Of a stretch of 64,000 nucleotides of DNA, positions 20,764 to 28,717 are shown in pieces (position 1 is the first letter of the stretch; each line of letters opens with the position of its first letter). Source of the DNA: Halobacteriovoraceae bacterium. Its GTDB lineage: Bacteria > Bdellovibrionota > Bacteriovoracia > Bacteriovoracales > Bacteriovoracaceae. The position numbers and the translations under genes are program-made. The stretch is from positions 800,001 through 864,000 of the forward strand of contig CAVRCF010000005.1 in assembly GCA_963719505.1 (NCBI GenBank), written 5' to 3'. Under the pieces are notes generated by a model. It did not search any database. It was not told the DNA's origin and saw only the letters and a list, made by a program, of their open reading frames with translations.

Positions 20764-23700
20764 ATGCAAACTAAACTGAAAACGACATTTCTAAAATCTT
20801 GGATGATGACAGTACTTTTGAGTATGACAATGCTCTCTTGTCTCCCCGTTCAAAAGAAAACTCAGTGTGGAGAAAATGAAGCTTTCAACGCAACAAAAAG
20901 AAAGTGTGTTCCAGTGATTGGAGCCTCTACAAGTAATACCGTTTTTATCGGTGCAAAGTTTCCAGCAAATTCATACTCTATTCCAAAATCTGTAACAACA
21001 GGTTCAACTCACACCGTTGCAGTAAGTGATGTTTATAATTATGGTTTTACCGTTGACTGGTATGTTCACGCATCCGGTTCAACTTCAACAGTTCCACAAA
21101 GACAGGACTCTGTTACTTTTGACTTTATTCCAAGTATCTTTGGCCCAGGAACATATGTGGTTGAAGCTATTCTTTACGATCAAGATGGTGTGAATCAACT
21201 CGACAGTACAACATGGAATGTTATCGTAGAAAATTTAGTTGCCCCCGTTTTGACTTCAACAAGTCCATCGGCGACAGCCTTTTCATATTTAAATACAATA
21301 ACAACAACAAGGACTCACTCTGCTGTTATTAGTTCACCTGACTTAGAAGATGGAAGATACTATATTTACCTCGATGGTGTTCTCGTTGCACCAGATGGAT
21401 TTCCATCTCCAACTTCTGTTCCTTTTAACTCGACAACAACTTTGGCAAGTTACTCATTTGTTCCAGGTGATCTCACTAACGGCTCTCATACACTTGAGAT
21501 AAAAATTCATGATGGAACAACAAGTGATCCTCTTTTTGACTCTTATGTTTGGCAGATCAATATTATTGATCCAGACTATCCGGTGATTCAACCAATTGGA
21601 AATAGCACGGTTCCAAAGCTTACACAGACAATCACAGTTGTTGATGGCGTTACATTTGGTGCTGGTGGATGGTCTAATCCTTCCGGAATAAACCTCGTGA
21701 CCTTATCTCCTACCAATCGTGGGCTTTGTGTAGAGTTTGATAATGTCGACAAGCTAACCCCAATGGGAGTGGCTGACATCACTGTTGTCATGTCCGTAAA
21801 TGGAATTGACTTTGAACCTAATGCTCAAAGAGAAGGCACAACAAATGTGTTCTGTGCAACGACGACAAATTTAAATAATGCTCAAACATACTTTAACCTC
21901 TCTAACCCAGATGTTGCTGAAGCACGAACAATCACCGTTAAGACTTACGCTGTGGGAACGACAAATTTAATTGAAGCTCTCAGCTGGAACGTTGCGGTTA
22001 GACCTACAAATATTAGACCTGTTATTTCAATTGATGGTGCTAATACGTCATCTCTTCTGGGATGTTCGGCGACAAACGCTGTAACTTACACAGGGTGTAC
22101 CTTAACTCAATCAGTTAATAACGATAGAGACTCCGACAACTATGATTACACTGGACCACTAGATAGCGCGGCAATCGCAGCTAGTAACTTTGCCATCAAT
22201 ATCGATTACGATCCTGATATTCAAGCTGAAACAGATTATCAAGTTAAGTTTCAAGTAAAACCAGCTGGTTCAGGTTCATGGGAAGATATCGATGTTCTAT
22301 CAGTAGGACTGCAGACTAATTCTCCAGCAAGTAACTATACTTATTCCGATTGTACTTACTCTCCTACTGAGACATCTGGAACTTTGCCTTCATCAAATAA
22401 ACTTATCTGTGCCCTTCGCATGGATGCCTTTAATAACAGCGGACCTCTTCCAAGTGGTGCTTATATTTTAAGGGCCTATATTACAGATGCTAATAATGGA
22501 GTTGGTTCAGGAACACCTAAAGAATCAAATATTGTTTCTTGGTCAATAAACGTTTTAGAAAATCAAGACACCGGTTCTATAACTATCGCTCCTTTTATTA
22601 CTGCTGGTTCAAGTACACCTCAAAACTATTTTGTTAATGGACAAGATCAAGGGGCGACAACTCTTACGCAGTCATTTGCCAATAGTTCTTCAGCGACAAC
22701 AACAGCACAAGCTGTTGGTACGGAGAAGTTTACAATCACTATTAACTCTCTTGTTAGAGATACTCAACGAGATGACTTTACGATTAGCGTCTCCGCTGAC
22801 AACGGACTTTTAGGTGGACAAACGGCCTTGGCGTCAACTTCATTAAAAGAACGTCTTGATAGTAGAGAGTGGGTTCGTGTTCAAACGACAGTGATCCTTC
22901 CGGAATGGATGGTAACGGGTGCGGCAAGCCAGGCGAGAAACTTTTATATTACAGTTCAAGATAGACCTGAAAGCTACACTCCTGTTTGTACAACTTGTGC
23001 CAGTGATACAGAAATCTTGACTTTAACAATCACTAACACTAACCCACCACCAAGCTTTACTGATCCAGCGGGAGCCGCAGATGTTGACCTCATTGGATTC
23101 AAAGCTTTTGCAGGGCAACCTTTTTCTGTGCCATTTACGACAGCGGGTTTTCTAGACACAAGTATTTTTGATGGAAATAATGTCACTTGGCAGTGGAGAA
23201 TCAGTCTTGATGGCGGTGGAACTTTTGACGACATACCAAATGCTAATAGCGATAATCAAGTGACTCCGGCTCTTACATGGACACCAAACCACGATATTGC
23301 CAACGCACAAGATGTTCAGCTTCAACTTTGTCTTGGTGATGATGGTTTTGGAAATGATGTTTCAACTTGTACTATCTCTAAAACATGGACCAATTTAACG
23401 GCCTACCAAGCGACGTCAAAACTGGCGCGCTCTGAAGTGAATACTTCAAGTGGTAATGAAGCGGCAAACTGGTTTGACTCTAGCACAAAGAGTCTCTACA
23501 CCACTTATACTAGTGGGACCACAATTTATGTTGAAAAACAAAAATTCAATGATGTGACACAAGAATTTGAAAATATTCACTCGATTGCTTTTCCAACTGA
23601 AGATATCAATGCGTCTCAAACTCCGGTTATCGCAGAAGGTCTCTCTATTGACGGAACAGATGGTGGCGCTCTCATCATTTCATACAAAGTGACTCAAGCG

Positions 23701-25146
23701 GGTACAAATAGTCCTCAGTTTAGAATTAGAAGAATAGATCTTACCAATGATAAATTAAACTTTAACTACTGTGGATTTTACACTCCTACAGATAATGGAT
23801 CACACACTGGTTGTATCTCAAGCGATAAGGTTGGAGCAACGGCTGGTTTACTTGGAGCCACCATTTCTAGTGGAAGCCCAAGACAACTCGCAATCACTTT
23901 CACTGGTCCAGCTTCTGGAGTTTTTGAGCTCATTACCAATAGCGGTGCAACTGTTACCTTTAACTACGGTGGACCGACAGTTGTTGGAACAGATACCGTA
24001 GGATTTTGTGACGGTGGATGTGGATCGACAACAGCAACGGCAACGGCTTTAGCAGATGCTATTAATAACGTTGACGGTATAACTGATGCTGACTCTCCTG
24101 AAATTTTTGACCTCGCTCAAGAAATCTCTGCGACAGTCGCTGGCAGTACAGTTACCATTACTGGTGCTAATGAGTTCGACTATTACGATGAAAGCTCAGC
24201 TACTGCATCTTATGTCGGAAATGTTAAGATTATCGATGGAACGACATGGGTTCTTCCCATCGCTGATGGAGCAAGTTCTTTAAAAGTAAAAATTGGCTCT
24301 GGTGCAGGGGTTAATAATGTTGCTGGATTAAACTCCACTCCTCTAGGTTCAACACTTCTTTTAAGTGGAACTGGAATTAACAACCAAGAACTTGTTCAAG
24401 TTGAACTTGGAGCAAGTCTTTATATCGGAACCGTTAATAATATTGGAAATATGAGCCTTTATAAAATCGATAGAACCGGCTATGCCCTTCAAGGCAGCCT
24501 GATGAATATCTTTACCCTTAGCAATTATGATTCAATAGAGAGTCTCTCTATTGATGGTCAAAGTGTGGGTGGAGATAAGATCATAGCCTCAGCGGTCAGT
24601 TTAAGTTCTGGTGGAGAGAGAGATTTGGCCATGGCCATTATTAACGTCACTGGAGCGCCGACGCTTACCTCTCAATTAGAAAAAGTTTCTGCAGGATCAG
24701 GACTTGAGCATTACGTTGAAAATCTTGATCGAGTAAAAGTCGTTGCTGACACATCGATCTCTGGCTCAAGCTTCGTGGCCCTTACAACAACAATTGGTGC
24801 TACCATTAATCCAAATAGCGCTTATATTGTAAAAGTTAATAACCTTAACTTCCAGGACTATAATTATCCAAAACTCAATATCAATGATGTCTCTCCAGGA
24901 TCGGCAATTGCTGTCTCTCCTATTGCAAACTTAACAGCAATTGGACATCTAGCAGCTCCGGTTGCAACGAATATTCTTCCAGCACCTGCTGAGGATGGGG
25001 TTTTAAATCCACTCTTCTTCACTTTTCATGAAGCAGATACGGGAAATAAAGTGAGATCTGGATATTTCCATACGGATACAACAAATATTACGACAGATAG
25101 TACTGCCGTATCCGGAAGTTTCCCAGGTTTCATAGGTAATAACTGA
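20764..25146 (+). CDS. Large Ser/Thr/Gly-rich surface lipoprotein (Ig-like repeats, probable adhesin)
   Basis: Lipobox MLSC; beta-rich modules ending in WxVxV/WxIxI motifs. Confidence 0.8.
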   Translation: MQTKLKTTFLKSWMMTVLLSMTMLSCLPVQKKTQCGENEAFNATKRKCVPVIGASTSNTVFIGAKFPANSYSIPKSVTTGSTHTVAVSDVYNYGFTVDWYVHASGSTSTVPQRQDSVTFDFIPSIFGPGTYVVEAILYDQDGVNQLDSTTWNVIVENLVAPVLTSTSPSATAFSYLNTITTTRTHSAVISSPDLEDGRYYIYLDGVLVAPDGFPSPTSVPFNSTTTLASYSFVPGDLTNGSHTLEIKIHDGTTSDPLFDSYVWQINIIDPDYPVIQPIGNSTVPKLTQTITVVDGVTFGAGGWSNPSGINLVTLSPTNRGLCVEFDNVDKLTPMGVADITVVMSVNGIDFEPNAQREGTTNVFCATTTNLNNAQTYFNLSNPDVAEARTITVKTYAVGTTNLIEALSWNVAVRPTNIRPVISIDGANTSSLLGCSATNAVTYTGCTLTQSVNNDRDSDNYDYTGPLDSAAIAASNFAINIDYDPDIQAETDYQVKFQVKPAGSGSWEDIDVLSVGLQTNSPASNYTYSDCTYSPTETSGTLPSSNKLICALRMDAFNNSGPLPSGAYILRAYITDANNGVGSGTPKESNIVSWSINVLENQDTGSITIAPFITAGSSTPQNYFVNGQDQGATTLTQSFANSSSATTTAQAVGTEKFTITINSLVRDTQRDDFTISVSADNGLLGGQTALASTSLKERLDSREWVRVQTTVILPEWMVTGAASQARNFYITVQDRPESYTPVCTTCASDTEILTLTITNTNPPPSFTDPAGAADVDLIGFKAFAGQPFSVPFTTAGFLDTSIFDGNNVTWQWRISLDGGGTFDDIPNANSDNQVTPALTWTPNHDIANAQDVQLQLCLGDDGFGNDVSTCTISKTWTNLTAYQATSKLARSEVNTSSGNEAANWFDSSTKSLYTTYTSGTTIYVEKQKFNDVTQEFENIHSIAFPTEDINASQTPVIAEGLSIDGTDGGALIISYKVTQAGTNSPQFRIRRIDLTNDKLNFNYCGFYTPTDNGSHTGCISSDKVGATAGLLGATISSGSPRQLAITFTGPASGVFELITNSGATVTFNYGGPTVVGTDTVGFCDGGCGSTTATATALADAINNVDGITDADSPEIFDLAQEISATVAGSTVTITGANEFDYYDESSATASYVGNVKIIDGTTWVLPIADGASSLKVKIGSGAGVNNVAGLNSTPLGSTLLLSGTGINNQELVQVELGASLYIGTVNNIGNMSLYKIDRTGYALQGSLMNIFTLSNYDSIESLSIDGQSVGGDKIIASAVSLSSGGERDLAMAIINVTGAPTLTSQLEKVSAGSGLEHYVENLDRVKVVADTSISGSSFVALTTTIGATINPNSAYIVKVNNLNFQDYNYPKLNINDVSPGSAIAVSPIANLTAIGHLAAPVATNILPAPAEDGVLNPLFFTFHEADTGNKVRSGYFHTDTTNITTDSTAVSGSFPGFIGNN

Positions 25147-25184
25147 TTCTATTGCGCGATACTTAAGTTTTGTTAGAATAAGGT

Positions 25185-26072
25185 ATGAAAATAATTACAT
25201 TTTTATGCCTTACTCTACTCTTTTACTCGGAAAATTCATTTTCCTACGAACTTCATATTATTCAAGGCGTATCAAAAACAGGACAAACCTTTGTTACAAG
25301 AACAGGTAAAAAAGATGGTATTGTTCTAGGAAAACTCGTGACCTTTACCGCTGATGACATCAGTCTTATTGCAAAGGCCATCACAGTAACTAGAGAATTC
25401 ACTCAGTGGGAAGTCGAAAATAATACAGCTCAACTCCCCTTTAGAAAAGGCCAAGTCGTCACCGTCTATGATGCAACAGAATACCTTTGGGCCTTAACTC
25501 CTGAGAAAGTAAAAACGAAATTTATTAAATCAAAGCTCTATAATCCAAGAAAATCTTACGCCTTTCATACTTCATTTATTCGAGGATTAAGTGAAAGTGT
25601 CTCTGGAGTTGAAAATCAAGAAATTGAAAGAGGCGGCATCCAACTTGAAGGCTATCTTGAAAATGAGTTTAGCCTCAACTTTGCGCTGGCCTTTGGTATT
25701 CGTTATACGACAGAGACTATCAATGCTAATGAAGCTTCCCTAACCTCTAGCAGATTTTTAGGAATACTAGAGGCAAGATATTATTTTGATCCAATGAGAA
25801 ACTTCTATAATGCTAGACCCATGATAGGTCTGGGAGTTGGATACGGTCAATCTGCCACAGAGGCTGATGGTCTTACAAGTGCTGGTACCGCCCTGATACT
25901 TCCCATCACTAAGGTCGGTTTGAACTTTCCTCTATCCAAGAAGATGGAATTCTCTTTTGAGGCGGCTTTTGAGTCGATTGAAATAAATGAAGAGTTTGAA
26001 GAAGGAACAAAGCAAGTGACAACTGCTAGTAATATTAAAACCGGAATTGCTATAAAGAGATTCTTTCAATAA
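25185..26072 (+). CDS. Exported protein with C-terminal outer-membrane beta-barrel
   Basis: Signal peptide; alternating strands (LEARYYF, IGLGVGYGQS, KTGIAIKRFFQ). Confidence 0.7.
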   Translation: MKIITFLCLTLLFYSENSFSYELHIIQGVSKTGQTFVTRTGKKDGIVLGKLVTFTADDISLIAKAITVTREFTQWEVENNTAQLPFRKGQVVTVYDATEYLWALTPEKVKTKFIKSKLYNPRKSYAFHTSFIRGLSESVSGVENQEIERGGIQLEGYLENEFSLNFALAFGIRYTTETINANEASLTSSRFLGILEARYYFDPMRNFYNARPMIGLGVGYGQSATEADGLTSAGTALILPITKVGLNFPLSKKMEFSFEAAFESIEINEEFEEGTKQVTTASNIKTGIAIKRFFQ

Positions 26073-26100
26073 AAAAGGGCCCAATAATTGGACCCTTTCT
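26071..26100. terminator. Rho-independent terminator between convergent genes
   Basis: AAAAAAGGGCCCAA-TAA-TTGGACCCTTT; U tract on the - strand. Confidence 0.75.
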
Positions 26101-26122
26101 CACTTTTATCTAAAATATAATC

Positions 26123-27307
26123 TTAGTAAAAAATTGCGTTGATAACATCCATCGTTCTCTCTGGAGAGATACCATTTTTTGAACCAACAGTGTTTAGAAC
26201 TTCATCTAAAAGGTTTGAGTTCCCTTTCATTGATTCTTTAACTGCAAGCTCGATGTCTTTCATGTTTTTACCAATGATCGATACAGCAAATACATCTGCA
26301 TCTTTTTCAGTAAGTTCACGAGTACCAGCAAGCTTGTTAAATTGGTGAGCAACTGTTGCAATTTCTTTTGCACGATCAGCAGATAAACCAAACTTAGCGT
26401 TAAGCTGACCAGCCATTTGATTTAAGTAATGCTGCTCTTTAAGTGCTGCAAGTTTACCCATATCAACTGTTCCGTTATCAGCGTGGCTTAAAGCCATTGA
26501 TCCAGCAGAGCTTGAATCAAACTTTTGAAGGTTTGAATAATCAATTAAGTCAGCATTAACCATAGCTGCAAGCTTTACACTTGGGTTAGAAGACTTTGTT
26601 GAGAAACCAAGACCAGCATCATAACCATCGTCAAATCCAAGGTCATACCCTGCATCGTAACCATCGATTGATCCATCGTAGTCACCATCAGCCGCACCTA
26701 AATCATATCCGTAGTCAAATCCATCGATCTCACCATCAATATATCCAGTATCGAAACCAGCACTATAACCGTCAGCGTCTCCATCAGAGTACCCATCGTT
26801 ATAACCATTTGTGTACTCAATAGCTTCACCGTCAACATAACCATCTATGTAACCATCTTCTTGTCCAGCAACTGCACCGTCAACTGAACCATCAACTGCA
26901 CCGTCAACAGCTCCATCACTAGATCCATTATTAAAAGCTGAACCATAAGAGTTATTGTAAGCGATATCATAAGCGTCGTTGTAACCGTCAGTTTGACCAA
27001 TTCCATAATTGTCATTGAAACCGTCAGTAAAACCAGCACCGTAGTTATCGTTAGCTGTGTAGTAAACTTCACCGTCAGCATAACCTTCAGCAAATCCTGA
27101 GTCTACACCACTTGAGAAACCTGAGTTATAGTTAGTCTGGTAAGTAGCATCGTACCCATCATTGTAACCGGCATTATAACCATTTGATTGACCTTCAGAT
27201 GTTCCTGATATTTCACCAGCAGAAAATCCTTCAGCGTATTTATCTTTACAACCCGTTCCGATGAACGCTGTTGCCACTAATAAAACGATATATTTTTTCA
27301 TTTTCAT
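26123..27307 (-). CDS. Lipoprotein with GYxD/GFxD tetrad repeats and conserved C-terminal helical domain (module 1, gene D)
   Basis: Lipobox GTGC; ~200 aa with Gly at every fourth position; C-terminal KFGLSADRAKEIA...DADVF. Confidence 0.85.
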   Translation of the reverse strand: MKMKKYIVLLVATAFIGTGCKDKYAEGFSAGEISGTSEGQSNGYNAGYNDGYDATYQTNYNSGFSSGVDSGFAEGYADGEVYYTANDNYGAGFTDGFNDNYGIGQTDGYNDAYDIAYNNSYGSAFNNGSSDGAVDGAVDGSVDGAVAGQEDGYIDGYVDGEAIEYTNGYNDGYSDGDADGYSAGFDTGYIDGEIDGFDYGYDLGAADGDYDGSIDGYDAGYDLGFDDGYDAGLGFSTKSSNPSVKLAAMVNADLIDYSNLQKFDSSSAGSMALSHADNGTVDMGKLAALKEQHYLNQMAGQLNAKFGLSADRAKEIATVAHQFNKLAGTRELTEKDADVFAVSIIGKNMKDIELAVKESMKGNSNLLDEVLNTVGSKNGISPERTMDVINAIFY

Positions 27308-27326
27308 TCTCCTAAAGAAGTTGTTC

Positions 27327-28511
27327 TTAGTTAAAGATCGTTGAGATCATGTTGTTGAAATCTTCTGGGCTTGTTCCAACTTTCTTAGAAGCTTTTTCTA
27401 ATAAAGAGTTCAACATCTCAGAATCACCTTTTTTACTTTCAACAACCGCTGAAGCAATCTGTCCCATATCAAAACCAACTAGTTCTTTAGTAAATGCTGA
27501 TGCATCCGCTTCAGTTAAGTCACGACTACCAGCAACCTGATTGAACTGATGAGCAACTGTCGCCATTCTTTGAGCTGAAGAATGAGTTAGTCCAAATCTT
27601 GTTTGTAACTGAGAGCTCATTGCATTTAAGTAATGCTGTTCTTTAAGAGCAATTAATTTACCCATATCAACTGTTCCACCGTCTGCGTGTGAAAGAACGA
27701 TTGAACCAGTTTCAATAGCATTTTGAGAACTAAATTTTGGAAGTTTAGAGTAATCGATTAAGTCTTCGTTAACCATTGCCGCTAATTTAGCTGCTGGGTT
27801 TTTTGTCGTAACACTTAGACCAATCGCTGCATCGTAACCGTCATCAAATCCGTCATCGTAACCGATGTCAAAGTTAATATCAAAAGCGATATCGTATGCA
27901 TCACCGTAACCAACTCCGTACCCATTGCTTTCACCAACGTCAAAACCAACTGAATATCCGTCATCATAACCGTCAGCGAAACCATCGATATCACCGTCAG
28001 TATAACCGTCGCTGTATCCGTTTCCGTAACCGTCAAAAGCTCCGTCATTAAATCCTACGTTATAAGCACTTCCATAGTTATTGTTATAAGAGTTAGCATA
28101 CGCTGGGTCGTAAGTCGTTGCATAAGCACCGTCATAACCTGCGTTGTAACCATCAGTTGTTCCATCAGCATTACCATCTTGAGTTCCCATAGGAGTCCCA
28201 GCATCGTAACCTGCATCGTAACCAGCGATACCACCATCTCCGTAGCCTTCCATATAGTCAGCAGAAGCGAAGTCTGTATACGCTTGGTCATAACCTTGAT
28301 CGTAACCTTGGATTTCACCAGCAGCAAAACCATCAGTTTGACCATCAGTCGCCCCGTCCGCTCTACCATCGCTATTTCCAGTTGAGTAAGCGCTATCGTA
28401 GCTAGAGCTATACGTTGAGTTGTAACCAGCGTTGAAACCTTCGTCGTATTTAGAATTACATCCTGTTCCGATAAAAGCTGTCACAGCTAGCACTGCAAGA
28501 TACTTGTTCAT
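27327..28511 (-). CDS. Paralogous GYxD-repeat lipoprotein (module 1, gene C)
   Basis: Start moved to MNKYLAVLAVTAFIGTGC (GGAG RBS at 28517-28520); same architecture as 26123..27307. Confidence 0.85.
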   Translation of the reverse strand: MNKYLAVLAVTAFIGTGCNSKYDEGFNAGYNSTYSSSYDSAYSTGNSDGRADGATDGQTDGFAAGEIQGYDQGYDQAYTDFASADYMEGYGDGGIAGYDAGYDAGTPMGTQDGNADGTTDGYNAGYDGAYATTYDPAYANSYNNNYGSAYNVGFNDGAFDGYGNGYSDGYTDGDIDGFADGYDDGYSVGFDVGESNGYGVGYGDAYDIAFDINFDIGYDDGFDDGYDAAIGLSVTTKNPAAKLAAMVNEDLIDYSKLPKFSSQNAIETGSIVLSHADGGTVDMGKLIALKEQHYLNAMSSQLQTRFGLTHSSAQRMATVAHQFNQVAGSRDLTEADASAFTKELVGFDMGQIASAVVESKKGDSEMLNSLLEKASKKVGTSPEDFNNMISTIFN

Positions 28512-28717
28512 GTTGTCTCCTTGAGTGTTTTGTGTTCGTTCGTTTTGTTTTGTTTCGTCTTTTTTGTTGTTTTGCGAGCAACTAAAAATCCTAACTTTCT
28601 TACATTCATTTTGTTTTTTTCTCAATCTTGTTTGTAATATTTTCCTTTTTTATTTCCGCTGCTTGACGCTTTTAGTAATGTATTTTTTGAAACAGTTTGT
28701 TTCAATTCTTACATCAC

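Noticed and set aside
26610-28450. Possible CRISPR array or DNA tandem repeat
   Set aside because: The periodicity is 12 nt and only at protein level; there are no identical repeats with unique spacers and no cas genes.
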